DNA from: Octopus sinensis
Lineage: Eukaryota
Reading direction: 5' to 3'
Length of the DNA stretch: 64,000 nucleotides
Assembly: GCF_006345805.1 (NCBI RefSeq)
Contig: NC_042999.1
Span: 168,764,001-168,828,000 of the forward strand
This document shows positions 25,475 through 39,339 of this stretch, in pieces. Below the pieces are notes generated by a model. The model worked only from the letters and a program-made list of their open reading frames with translations, had not been told where the DNA came from and did no database searches. The position numbers were made by a program, and so were the translations under genes. Numbering within the stretch: the first letter of the stretch is position 1; each line of letters begins with the position of its first letter.

Positions 25475-25481
25475 CATAATG

Positions 25482-25544
<63 letters not shown>

Positions 25545-25699
25545 CTGAAGCGAAGATTTATTTAGTGCCTGTGTTTAACTGCCAAAGATAAAACCATCTC
25601 CAAATATAATAACTGTTTCAACCCTCAATTTGACATCCGGTACCTTGCAAAACAAATATATAAACATGTGTGTGTGTGTGTGTATAAGTTATATATATA

Positions 25700-26289
25700 T
25701 AAATTATAATCAAGGATAAAATCTATATAAGATTTTATGAAGTAGCTAGCATGATGCCAGTTAAGGTAAAAATTAATACAAAGTGTATAATTTTATAAAT
25801 ATAATTTTAAAATTATAATAAGGGCAACTAGCAAGTAATGCCACATGCTAGAAGAAGACGTCAAAAGGCTCTAAAACTACTTTATTTATCACATAGACAC
25901 AGGCTGAAAGCGAGGGAATGAACAAAAAGGATTTTTTGAAAAAGTTTAGCTATAGATCGATTTCTGGTTTTGTGATGTAATACCACTTTGCCGTCCTCAG
26001 TATGACATAACCAAAAGTACATAATTCTAAGCATTTATACACAACATATTTACAGTCCATATACAAATGTTCACACTTATATACAAGTTAAAAATCTAGT
26101 TCGTTCATCTCAGCCACGTGTGAATAACCAAAATATTTCAGCAGTGAATAAATTTCGTTTAAGTGAATTCATATTTATCAATTATAATCAAGGATAAAAT
26201 CTAGTAGTTTTAGAGCCTTTTGGCGTCTTTTTCTAGCATATGGCATTGCTTGGTAGTTGCCCTTATAATAATTTTATAATTATATTTAT

Positions 26290-26300
<11 letters not shown>
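25700..26300 (-). mobile_element. pLTR-like module with inverted terminal segment and hammerhead (25951-26004, minus)
   Basis: 25790-25880 is inverted at 26203-26300. The minus strand reads CATA-CTGAGGA-CGG..CCA-GAAA-TCGA-TC-TATAG, with palindromic stem III ATCGAT. Confidence 0.65.
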
Positions 26301-26347
<47 letters not shown>

Positions 26348-27115
26348 GCATACATCTATATATATATGTATATATATATATTTATATGTGTGTGTGTGTT
26401 TAAACTGTTTTTCAAAACTATAACACTAGAGGTCCAGTTGTAAGAATAAGATATGTTGCTAAATGTTACGGCTTTCTATTACTAAAAACCGCATAAGTCA
26501 TGTCCGGGAATCGACTAAGAAGCGCATGATAATTATAAGACGTAGAAGCGACAAAGAAAAGAGGTCTGAGAGGAGTAGTCTTTGCACCAATATCACGTAT
26601 TCATAAATTAGTCGCAGAATCAATTAAGGTTTGAGTTTTTAAATCGACTAGAAAACCAAAATGATGGAGAACATCAGTTCTGAGGATTGGATGGTGAAGA
26701 TCAACTTTAACGAAATTCCTTTCAAAAGGCGAGAATCAAAAACAAAATATGCGACTTACTGTAGGAGTGCCAGTAGAGGAAGCTGGAAGTGAAATGTCAA
26801 CGATACGTTCACCAATTGATCAACAGAGCTACAAACCCCATCAGATATTAAGATTGCCTGTATGTTTGGTGGTAAATGTTAGAGGAAAAGTATTTCACGA
26901 AAGATTTCTCTAGAAAGTTATTTTCTTACAGTTCATTCTTCGTAGAATTTGTGAAGGCCTTTTATCTGCCAAAGTTTGCTGAGAACAAGAGGTGGGTTTT
27001 AATTTCCTGATACAAAATAATACTTGCAGCAGTTGTAATTATGACCTTTATCTCACTGCTTAGGGTGGGTGGGTGGAAGGATACTTATTAACAAATTGAG
27101 TTGATAAGATTCTGA

Positions 27116-29056
27116 CTAGATTTTGTCACCCGAAAAGTGAGCTTCCATTGCGCGAACCAAATCGCAGCCACTCCAGTCCAACGAGGAGTAGTGAGTAAAG
27201 ATATTGCCTCTTGCGAAGATGGAACAAGAATTTCAGTGCTCGGAAACGACAGTAGAAAAAAATGAAGACAAGAAAAAGACATCGGAGGGGTGATGCATAC
27301 AATGCGCGCAGATAAATTTTTTCGCAAATAATAGTATGGTTTACAATGCGTTGCTTACCCATGCTTTTTAATAGAATTGAATTACACCATGGTCTATATA
27401 CACGCAGACGAGGGTCGATTCATATGGAATAGAAAGTGAAAAAAATGAATTACTTATAGAAAATATTGCGTAGAATTTGAGAAGTGTTTCACCATTATAG
27501 GTATTTATACTCTGGTGAATTTAAGAAATCAACTCGTAAATAAACGAAACCCTCGAATCCATCACTGTACACACATGCGCGCTCATACATACACGCGCAC
27601 GCATGCGCAAGCGCGCTCATACACAGTCTATGGTCGCTCTCAGTAACTGCCTTTAGCTTACGGAGTTCTTGGTTTTTATAACTATGGAAAAACAGCCAGA
27701 AGGATAGACATATTGTTGAGAACAAATGATTTCGTTGGAGATCTGTTATCTCCATTCCGGGTTAGAAGGGTCAAGTGGCAAAGATTATTATTCTGCTTAG
27801 TGAAGGCAACTGGGAAATATATAACTGCTGTCACTCACAGAAAAACTGTTGTTTTGCCGTGAGAAAAGTGCTGTTGAAGTGTTAAGTGAAATTTGGCAAT
27901 CGAAGATCGAATCCACGCCATGCCTACATGAAGCCACTACAAATACTTGTGGAATAAAAAATTTATCTACTGTCATGGAAAAAGTCTAACTGTAAAAATG
28001 CAGAATTATCTGAGTAATGGGCATTTAAAAAAGTATGTATGTATAGAAATGTATGAATGGAGTCTTTACGTTTTAAGATTCAAACTAAGGAAGTGCGATA
28101 TTTAGCAGTTCAAAACTGAGTAGTGAAATGCAGAATAAAGTCGGCTGATCGTGAGAATCAAATATTGATCGCTTCGCTAAAAACTGCAGGTGGTATAGGT
28201 TATTTCTCTTGCGTTATTGAAATAAAATATTAGTAATATGTAGTAGATAGAAGGATCCATTGGAGGGGCCCTATTATCGATCTTTTTCAACAATCTAAGT
28301 ATGTCACGAGGTTTCCAAATATGAGTTCTACTCACGTGTCAAATAAAGTATAAAAGTGATATTGTCTGCAAAAATTAGTAATTGGTCGATGGCTCAGTTA
28401 GTTTCATGAAAATGTGGTATGAACTGTAAATAAGCAATAAATATTATGATTCGTAAAATAAGTATAAGTGATACAGGATGTCCCAACTGAATGTCGTGTG
28501 AAGTTTGGCTTCATTTTTTAAGAATTTTAAGCATTCAAAGTATGAGTTCATTGTATTGGGACACACTAATTAAATACGTTCTGGAATCAAAAATTTTAAC
28601 TGGAAAAATGCAGAATTATCGGAGTTATGGGAATTGAAAGTGTACATGCATCAAGAAAGTGCAATAATAAGGTTTAGCAGTTGAAAACTGTAAGTAGTGA
28701 AATGCAGAATTAGGTCCGCTGATCGTGATAATCAAATATTGATCGTTTCGCTAAAAACTAACAACTGTAAGTGCAGGTGCTATGGGTTATTTCCCTTGAA
28801 TGTTTAAAAAATATTGTGCAGGTGCTATAGGTTATTTCCCTTGGGTGTTTAAAAAATTAGTTATATGAGGTAGATATAAAAATTCCTTCCAAGGACCGTA
28901 TTATCGATTTTTTCAACAATCTAAGTATGTCACGAGACTTCCAGACATGAGTTCTACTAATGTGTCAAGTTTCATCCAAATCAATAAAACGATGTAGGAG
29001 GAGTTAGCTAACAATGCCACAAACAAACACACACCGATTTTCCACATATGTAGTAG
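27116..29056 (-). mobile_element. Probable non-autonomous Helitron with internal ~610-bp duplication
   Basis: Minus-strand 5' region CTACTACATATG..GTGTGTTTGTTTG..GATGAAACTTGACAC near 29056. 3' CACTTTTCGGGTG hairpin then CTAG|T at 27116-27119. Diverged direct repeats at ~27990-28345 and ~28600-28970. Confidence 0.55.
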
Positions 29057-29711
29057 TTTTACGCCGTGACAGCAGCGAGCGATTGAAGAAAATACAGCGC
29101 CCGCCGATGTACAAGAAAAGGGGTCGTTGAAAACGGTGAAAATTGGCTAGAAATAGCAGTCAAACACAATTATTTATTGTGGCTTTATGTTCTGCTGTAT
29201 GGAAACATATCGCGTACAACATTATATTCATATTGACCGTAGATATTCATATTGACCGTAAAAATTATTCTGTAGTCGCCAGTTTGTCAACCAGGTTCAG
29301 CATTTGTAGAAGGTTTGAAGGGTTCATCTTTTTTTGTGGTAGAGATATCGGATCAGCAATTTTGTGGTGGCGTTTAGTGGGAGCTGTTCAGCTAGAGAAC
29401 GGGTTGCCAATGGTGGACAGTGATACGACCATCAAAAATATAATGGGTAGTTACGAAATAAGAAGACTCTGGTTGAACGAATAAACAAATCTAGATCAAA
29501 CAGCGAGAACCTACTGAGGAGATGAATCAACAGCAGCCACTGTTGAGCTTTTGAAAAGCTCTTACAACCCAATGATGTAGACAGGCTGAAGCGCGTAAAG
29601 GCCGCATCCATATAAGCCTTGTCTACGTGGGTCCTATGCAAATAAGTTTGGTACCTGGAACGAATAAGACGACCAAAAACTACAAAATGAAAAAGTTTTG
29701 TGAAAAATAAC

Positions 29712-30200
29712 CATCATCATCATTATCATTGTTCGACCGTGGTCGAGACAGTGGAATTTACCATGCTACGCCAGACTTCACGGTCCATCATGGCATTACG
29801 GAGGTCCTGTTGCTGGATGCCTGTACCCCTGGAGATTACATCAGGGTAGGAGAGTGTGCGCGCTCTGGTATTACGAGTAGATGGCTTCCAGAGGAGAAGA
29901 GTAGAAATTACTTCTTTTTCAGCTCTACAACAATGTCCAGCAAACTGGACTCTCTTACCTTTCACAAGAGATGACACAGGTGGTAGTTTCCCATATATTT
30001 GCATTTTGGTTGGATGGCGCTTCCACGAGAGATTTTGAGCTCTCATAAGGAGGCGAGTGTAGGTTCCATCCAACCGCCTCTCAAGCTTCTTTGATAACGT
30101 CCAGGTGTCTGAGCCATATAGTAGAATTGGTTCGACTGTGGCTTTGAAGATTTCAAGTTTGAAGTCTCTACTTAGATTTGATGACCAGATCTTATGCAAG
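29712..30200 (-). mobile_element. 3' end of an RTE-X/RTE-like LINE, 5'-truncated
   Basis: IWSSNLSRDFKLEIFKATVEPILLYGSDTWTL..QFAGHCCR..AMMDREVWR followed by a (TGA)n tail. Confidence 0.88.
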
Positions 30201-30849
30201 GGGCTAAACATACCGTATCATTTGTTAACAAGGGACGCGTTCGGACCTTAGGAAAATATATTGCCGTCTCCACCTGACATCGGTGCAAACAGCTGTAAGC
30301 CTGCACCTTGTTCTGGGAGGTCGAAGCACAAGTGTTGCGGGTGCAGGAGAGAACAACTGTTAATGGTTGGGAATTAAAATATCACAACCCTTACAAGGGA
30401 ACTAGTGGTGAAGGCCAAATGCTTTTGACAACACATGGTCCGTATCTCTACTACAAAGTTCTGTGGCTCTAATACCGCATATTTGAATGAATGGCGGAAA
30501 CCACTATTCAGGTGTGATACCAACTATGTCTGCACAGGCAGGAGAGAGGACATTCACAAACCTTCAGCTATAAGACTATGGTATGGAATGGGTTCCATGA
30601 GGTAGGAAGTTTTGCCTACTGAAACAGGCTGAAGGAAGGATCGCTGTTGCTGTTGCACTAAACAGTGAGATCAAACAGTGAGGCCAAATACAAATCTTTT
30701 CTTAACAAAGTCACTACAGTTTTAGATACAAAGACTGAGATTTCAATGCACATGTTAGCACTAATCACTTGACATGGGAATGAGGGATTTGGAATAATGG
30801 TGACCCCGAACGTAATCGAGTGGAGGGACCTTACTAGATTTTTTATTTG

Positions 30850-32030
30850 TTTTTTCTTTTGCTAGAAATGGGCTCTCAATTATAAACACATTCTTCCAAC
30901 ACAGAGATATCCATAAGTATACCTGGTATTTGGGATATTTTGGGACACAGGTCACTGATAGATTTTGTTATCTCCCTGACCGCTTTGATTCTGTGCTGGA
31001 CGTTCAAGTAAAGAATGGGTTGGCGTTTTCAACCGATTACCTCCAGGTTGTCTGCGATCTCACAAAACTGGTAATTCTTGACACTATTACTTCCAAATTC
31101 AAAATCATCCTCGAATAAATTAAAGACGTCGAAACTGAGTGGATATTGCCTTGTTCAATACCTCCCTCTTCGGTTGTACAATGGTGTAGACGAAAGCAGA
31201 TCGGTGTAGCACTGGATGGTAAGAGAACCCGCTAGTTTAACCAAGAAGTTAAAAATGTCATCCGAGCAATGAAGGACCTTCCTTTTGCACTTGCAGTACA
31301 CTGAAGCGTGAGAAGTTGCAGCAGAGACCGTAAAAACGTCCAACACTAAGTCATGGGGGACTTTGAGATCATCTTTGGGAGGTGAAAAGAATGCATTGAT
31401 TATCAGTCACATTACAATCTTCTGTTGATCACGAGGTGCATCAATGGTGAAGACTAACTTGATAGAAGATGTGATCACAAGGGCGATTCAGGCGCTCAAA
31501 TGTAGCCGGACTGCTGGGGAGGGTAAAATTCGGTCTAAGATTTTAGAAGTTTTAAATAGAGAAGGTAATCTTTGGCTGACACAGGCATGCCAGATGGCTT
31601 AGACTTCTAGAAAGATATCAAACAATGGGAATCTGGAGTGGTGGTCCCAATTTTTATAGCGACATGAAAGCGTGCTCTAATTATAGAAGAGTCACGTCGT
31701 TGAGCCTTCCCGCCAAAGACTCACGCTAGGTGTCTGGAAAAGAGATGTAGATATTTTGTCGAGGTAGCAGAATAGGGTGACTTTCGTCCTGGCCACAGTA
31801 AAACCCACTCTATGACAGGTCTTCGAGAAATCATGAGAAGATTGCCAGGGGTATACACTTGACAACATTCTCGAAAAGGCGTATAACTGCATGCTACAGA
31901 GTTGTTTTGCCGAATTTTGAGATGAATGGACAACTTCCGGTAGCCGTTAAGTTCCTATACGAATGCCCAGATATTCTCAAAATCGGAAAGGAGAAAGCTG
32001 ATTCCAAGACTACAGATCCAAACCATCACT
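30850..32030 (+). mobile_element. Highly decayed RTE (Expander/Rex3-like) LINE fragment
   Basis: LDVQVKNGLAFSTDYLQVVCDL; WESGVVVPIF..CSNYRRVTSLSLP..ARCLEKR; LEKAY remnant. Confidence 0.75.
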
Positions 32031-32154
32031 GGAACAGTTAAAGTCTGAAAAACTTTCCAGAAGTTTATCCTTTAAGTATATATGAGCATATCTAGATATG
32101 CAAACATATGCACGAGAAGACATACATAAAATAAATCAGGCAAATCTGCACTTA

Positions 32155-34220
32155 TACCTACCTACCTTACCTACCTTACCTACCTACCTACCTTACCAAC
32201 CTTACCTACCTTACCTACCTTACCTACCTTACCAACCTTACCTACCTTACCTACCTACCTACCTTACCTACCTTAACTACCTGACCTACCTTACCTACCT
32301 TACCTACCTTACCTACCTTACCTACCTTACCAACCTTACCTACCTTACCAACCTTACCTACCTTACCTACCTACCTACCTACCAACCTTCCTACCTACCT
32401 ACCTTACCTACCTTACCTACCTACCTACCTACGAACCTACCTACCTACCTACGAACCTACCTACCTACCTTACCTACCTACCTACCTTACCTACCTTACC
32501 TACCTACCTACCTACCAACCTTCCTACCTACCTACCTTACCTACCTTACCTACCTACCTACCTACGAACCTACCTACCTACCTTACCTACCTTACCTACC
32601 TACCTACCTACGAACCTACCTACCTACCTACCTACGAACCTACCTACCTACCAACCTTCCTACCTACCTACCTTACCTACCTTACCTACCTACCTACCTA
32701 CGAACCTACCTACCTACCAACCTTCCTACCTACCTACCTTACCTACCTTACCTACCTACCTACCTACCTACCTATCTACGAACCTACCTACCTACCAACC
32801 TTCTACCTACCTACCTACCTTACCTACCTTACCTACCTACCTACCTACGAACCTACCTACCTACCAACCTTCCTACCTACCTACCTTACCTACCTTACCT
32901 ACCTACCTACGAACCTACCTACCTACCTTACCTACCTACCTACCTACCAACCTTCCTACCTACCTACCTTACCTACCTTACCTACCTACCTACCTACCTA
33001 CGAACCTACCTACCTACCTTACCTACCTACCTACCTACCAACCTTCCTACCTACCTACCTTACCTACCTTACCTACCTACCTACCTACCAACCTTCCTAC
33101 CTACCTATCTTACCTACCTTACCTACCTACCTACCTACCTACGAACCTACCTACCTACCTTACCTACCTACCTACCTACCAACATTCCTACCTACCTACC
33201 TTACCTACCTTACCTACCTACCTACCTACCAACCTTCCTACCTACCTACCTTACCTACCTTACCTACCTACCACCTACCTACGAACCTACTACCTACCTT
33301 ACCTACCTACCTACCTACAAACTTCCTACCTACCTACCTACCTACTTACCTACCTACCTACCTACCTACGAACCTACCTACCTACCTACACCTACCTACC
33401 TACCAACCTTCCTACCTACCTACCTACCTTACCTTACCTACCTACCTACCTACCTACCAACCTTCCTACCTACCTACCTTACCTACCTTACCTACCTACC
33501 TACCTACCAACCTTCCTACCTACCTACCTTACCTACCTTACCTACCTACCTACCTACCTACGAACCTACCTACCTACCTACGAACCTACCTACCTACCAA
33601 CCTTCCTACCTACCTACCTTACCTACCTTACTTACCTACCTACCTACCTACGAACCTACCTACCTACCTTACCTACCTACCTACGAACCTACCTACCTAC
33701 CTACGAACCTACCTACCTACCAACCTTCCTACCTACCTACCTTACCTACCTTACCTACCTACCTACCTACCTACGAACCTACCTACCTACCTTACCTACC
33801 TACCTACCTACCAACCTTCCTATTTACCTACCTTACCTACCTTACCTACCTACCTACCTACCTACGAACCTACCTACCTACCTTACCTACCTACCTACCT
33901 ACCAACCTTCCTACCTACCTACCTTACCTACCTTACCTACCTACCTACCTACCAACCTTCCTACCTACCTACCATACCTACCTTACCTACCTACCTACCT
34001 ACCAACCTTCCTACCTACCTACCTTACCTACCTTACCTACCTACCTACCTACCTACGAACCTACCTACCTACCTACGAACCTACCTACCTACCAACCTTC
34101 CTACCTACCTACCTTACCTACCTTACCTACCTACCTACCTACCTACGAACCTACCTACCTACCTTACCTACCTACCTACCTACATACATACATACATACA
34201 TACATACATACATACATACC
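32155..34220. repeat. 2-kb (CCTA)n satellite with ordered variant units, grading into (TACA)n
   Basis: Direct reading. Variants CCTTA, CGAA and CCAACCTT recur in order. Confidence 0.97.
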
Positions 34221-34699
34221 CAGTTGTTGATGTTGAAATTCCAATTCTAGGTTAGATACCGGCTTTTCTCTATTAGTAAGAAATTTTGAAATAAAACTGA
34301 ATAATGACATACATACATAATACATACTGAGGTTTTCTTTCAATTTCTACCTACCAAATCTACTCACAAGGCTTTGGTCGGCCCTACGATGTAGTTGAAG
34401 ACTATATATATGTATAGTAAAACTTCCTGAAGAGAGTTCATGATACAAGCATATCCAGATGTCAAACTATACAGCATTAAGCTGTGATGGTATGTTAAAT
34501 TTTTGCTCGTTTGCCCGACAACTGTTGTTGTCTCCCCATGTTATTGTTGTTATTATCAAATATTTATATTTACCGCAGATAATAATAACAATAATAATAT
34601 TTATATGAATATTCGCTTTTGAATATTGACTTCTTATTATGTATGTGCGTGTGCGTGCACTAATAACACATGTGTGTGTGTGAGTGAATGACACCTAGA

Positions 34700-35010
34700 A
34701 GTAAGAGCTTCTCCCACTGTGAATGGAGCTTTGGCCAGGAGGGAGTTTCAACGTATCCAACGTTCATCGAGTGTTTCGAACCTGAACCGTAAACACCCTT
34801 CCATTCGTGGGTCAGCAGAGGTGGTCAAATCCCTACTCCTCGTCTCCTCCTGGCTTCCGGCTTAAACCCTTTCTCTTGCCCCAAAGCCAACAAGGAGCTC
34901 TTTCAGCTGCCTCTCCCATCTCATTCCAATGGCTGTAAGCATCCTCCATGCCCACTGAGCAGGGAACTCCCTACAACCAACCACGACTGGGAAAGTATAG
35001 GTTATCGCCA
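34700..35010 (-). mobile_element. 3' end of a restriction-like-endonuclease non-LTR element (HERO-like); inverted copy at 46420-46606
   Basis: FPVVVGCREFPAQWAWRMLTAIG../MGEAAERAPCWLWGKR resembles the PVEVGCRGF..AAERASCWLW C-terminus of this group. Confidence 0.7.
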
Positions 35011-36070
35011 TCTAAATATGGCTGTTCCGTAGGAACCAACGTTACTATCATTTTAACCCAAGGAAGACTCCTCTTTCAGCTGGTTATTCGATGTATTGCA
35101 AGCAGGGGAATGAACCCCTATTATCTTCGAGCCATGAGACCACCAGACCTGCTTGCAATATATTATCGGATGCAGATTGCACCGAGCAACCAGCTGGAGG
35201 AGGCATCCTTCTGAGGTTATAGTGGTAGTAATGTCGGGTCCTATGAACCAGCCATATTTAAGTGGCGATAACTATTACTTTCCACTATAGTTACAGTTTT
35301 CATCTCTTAGAGATTTTCTAACTAGCTAATTTGCTTGTTGTAACATCAGTGACTGGGTGTCACTTATTTTCGATATATTGCGAGCTGGAGTGAACGACTG
35401 CTAACTGTAGAGCACGAGTATCCATCATTGAGGATGGGTACAAAGAGCTTGAAACCGTTTTCCCATTATTGTCCTTTCAGATGCAAGCCCTAATTTCCTT
35501 TTAGTGATTTTATTGATCTAAAAATGTAAACAAGCATACGCGAGCGCACGCACATTCACATATACATACACATACAGCCAAAGGTGTATATATAAATATG
35601 TATGCGTATGTGTGAGTGTATATGTATGTGTGTGTGTGTATATATATATGTATATGTTATATGATAATAATATTAGGGAGTAAACTCGAAACTTACATGG
35701 AAAAATTCAATATAGTATTAAATCAAATTTCACAATATAAATATATAATATAGATTAGAGAAAAACCACTATTATGCAATTCAAACAATGATAGATAAAC
35801 CAAATCATAAATAAAAAATAAAATATTATTTAAATATATAACAAGATCACAAAAAGTATGAAAATGAATAAACAATATATAAGTAAAAATACTACGCTCA
35901 TTTCATGGCTATAATTTAAATTCGAATTACAGTTAAATTTAAATTTAATCGAAAGACATTTCAGTTTAAAATCATATTCACTCTTCAGGTTAACAATAAA
36001 AACAATTATAATTAAATAAATAAGCAAATAGAAATAAAATCATGATTTTTCTTATAGAAGAAACTCCATT
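34824..36070 (-). repeat. Left arm of a ~1.2-kb inverted repeat (includes an inverted pLTR with hammerhead at 35891-35993)
   Basis: Reverse complement of ~45360-46606. The same peptide MPTEQGTPYNQ appears in ORFs 34948(+) and 46482(-). Confidence 0.93.
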
Positions 36071-36594
36071 AACTAAATTTGAAACTTAAAACATTAGGAC
36101 CAGTTGCCTACAATACATTTATTATGTTAAATATTAAAGGTAAAAAATAGAGGAAATAGATAGAAAAACGTATTTATCTGTGAAGAAATAATTTAGTTTA
36201 ATAAAAAGCATTAATAAATTATAGAATATCTTTAACCTAGCTATACTCTAATATTTAATTACCAAACTATTTTACAAAACAATCACTCTTAATATTTTTA
36301 GATTTTAGTTCACATATATAATAATTATAAAATAATAAATTTATATAAAAGTACGTATCTAAATTATAATCAACAAATATAGTAATTAAAAATCCATATT
36401 TTTTCTATCAATAAACATATAAATAAATAAATATATTACTCCTTTATAACTTGAATAAATATTATAGATATCATTCCGAAAATATTTATGAAACAAAAAA
36501 TAAGAAATGAAAAATTCCAAAGTAAAAACGTATAACTTACCGTTTATAAAATTATTTGCGAAAAAAGTACTTATTATTATTATTATTATTATTA

Positions 36595-36649
<55 letters not shown>

Positions 36650-37952
36650 ATCTAATAGTACCTGAAATATAATAAGAACTCTTAGTTATACTAAAACATT
36701 TTAACAATCTAAATCACAAAGTGACAGACTAATATTTTACAATTTACGTTCAGATATAATAATTATAAAATAATAATGATTAAATAAATGTACGTATCTA
36801 AATTATCATTAACAAATATAAAAATTAGAAATGCGAAATAAGGAAGGTATTATTGTACAATCAGATAAAACTAGGAACCTATATAAACTAGATGTTAAAT
36901 TATATGAAAAGCTATTAGAGAAAGAGATAATTAAAAATATAAAATTGTTCCAGATAATGCACTTTATACTATAAATAAGGCCTCTAAATTAGAAATGATG
37001 AATTAGAAGTTGGATAATAAAACAGAACCTTATGTACCTATGCACCCTAGAATTACTTTGGAGGACCATAAGGATAATTTTTATTCAGACCCTAAAGTTA
37101 GATTAATTTGTCCATGTGAATGAGACCTTGGTAAATTGAGTAAATTAATATTGGATAAATATATCAATAAATTAAATAAACTAAACAACCTAAACTTATG
37201 GACTAGTAATAATAATATTCTAAATTGGTTTTATAATATTAAAGAAAAAAATCAATATAAATTTATTCAAATAGATATAGATAATTATTACTCTTCTATT
37301 AATGAAATTGTGTTTAATAAAGCCCTAATATATGCAATGAATAAGGCAGGAATGACTTATGATGAAGTTAATGTAATTAAAATGGCTAGGAAATCGTTTA
37401 TTAGATATAGTAATAAATTATGGGCTAGGAAGGATACTAGGGACGTTTTTGATATACCTATGGGGGCACCTGATTCTGCACAAGCTACGGATTTAGTAGG
37501 CATTTATTTATTATCTCAACTTCAATTATAAAATTTAAAGTTGGAGGGTGGTTTATATAAGGATGACCTTTTATTAATTACTAATAATTGCACTAATAGA
37601 AAACTTGAATTATATAAGAAACTATATAATTTCTTTGAAGGATATTGTTTAAGTATTACTATATATAAGGAGAACTATAATGTAAATTATTTAGATGTTA
37701 ATTTTAATTTAATAACGGGTAAAACCCAACCATACCATACATATAATGAAAACCTTAGATATATAAATGCTAATGGTAATCACCCACCCTCAATTAAAAA
37801 ATCGTGGATAAATAATATTAGTAAACGAATATCATTACTTTCTTATGATTTAGAGATTTTCAATAAACATGCACCTTATTATAATGAAGCCCTGCAAGAG
37901 GTAGGATATAATAATAATATTAAATTCTTTAATAATGATAATGATAATAATA

Positions 37953-37999
<47 letters not shown>

Positions 38000-38014
38000 G
38001 TATTGATAATAATG

Positions 38015-38045
<31 letters not shown>

Positions 38046-38048
38046 TAC

Positions 38049-38115
<67 letters not shown>

Positions 38116-38361
38116 CATTTTAATAATTATAATATAAAGGATTATTATTTTAATGATTTTAATGATAATAAAATTAAAAATCATCATAATATTTTCTTAA
38201 AAATAGATATTACGATAAAACAAATCATAAGAATAATAATAAAAGAAAAACAAATATATAAATATTAGTAAAAATAAAACTAAAAATATAAATAAGACTA
38301 ATTTTAATTTTAATTTTAATTCAATGAATGATAATAATAATTTTAATAATATTAAAAAGAA

Positions 38362-38418
<57 letters not shown>

Positions 38419-38703
38419 TGATGATGATGATGATGATAATAATAATAATAATAGTAATAATAATGATGATGATGATAATAATAATAATAATAGCAATAAT
38501 AATATAAATATAAATAATAGGAATAAAATTTGGTTAATTGTTCCTTATGGGGCTCAAGTTAAAACTAATATTATTAAAGAGATTTTAAATATTATTGAAC
38601 AATTCTTTTGTGATAATCGAAAATATAAAAATATTTTCTCTAGTAATAATTTTGGAGTTGGTTATTCTACCACTAATAATGTAGGTAACATTATTTCTTC
38701 AAA

Positions 38704-39277
38704 ATCTATAAAGCTGAAATGCGAAAAATTTGTTTGCCTCATTTTGGGATGGGAACGATTTAAGGTAGATGGGGTCGAATTGGCTCCAAAATTTACACGG
38801 ACATGTAAAAAGAGGCGGGGAAGCGACTGGACTAGGTTAGAAATCCCTACCTCAAAAGCTGTGGTTACTAGGGCAACAAAACCCAGATTTTGACAAGTGT
38901 TTGTCGTTCCTCTTTCGGATATAACCCTGTCTTCCTCGGTCTCTCTATTTCATTCCTTCCCTCCACTTTTCAGCAATATCTATAAAGCTGAAATGCGAAA
39001 AATTTGTTTGTCTCATTTTGGGATGGGAACGATTTAAGGGGCGGTAGATGGGGTCGGATTGGCGCCAAAATTTACAGGGACATGTAAAAAGAGGCGATGA
39101 AGCGACTGGACTAGGTTAGAAATCCCTACCCCAAAAGCTGTGGTTACTAGGGCAACAAAACCCAGACTTTGACAAGTGTTTGTCATTTCTCTCTTTCGGA
39201 TATCACCCTATCTTATTATCGGTCACCACTACCGCACAATCGTAACAAATATTATTAATCAGATATATTGTGTTAAT

Positions 39278-39339
<62 letters not shown>

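Noticed and set aside
26450-27110. Possible host exon in non-repetitive sequence (also 29100-29700 and 30230-30800)
   Set aside because: Stops in the frames I read, no recognisable protein motif and no convincing splice-site pair.
32098-34230. 710-aa PTYL-repeat ORF resembling an adhesive or structural protein
   Set aside because: It is the stop-free reading of a (CCTA)n satellite; 4- and 5-nt units shift frame freely, so there is no codon structure.
34418-34480. CTGAAGA motif in a short module after a TA tract as another hammerhead
   Set aside because: No GAAA-stem III-UH half with convincing pairing could be found.
37100-37140. In-frame TGA in the Naiad-like RT as a possible selenocysteine codon
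   Set aside because: It falls at the Ser position of the RLINPxKS-like motif rather than a conserved Cys, the copy has other stops (TAA) and frameshifts, and I could not identify a SECIS.
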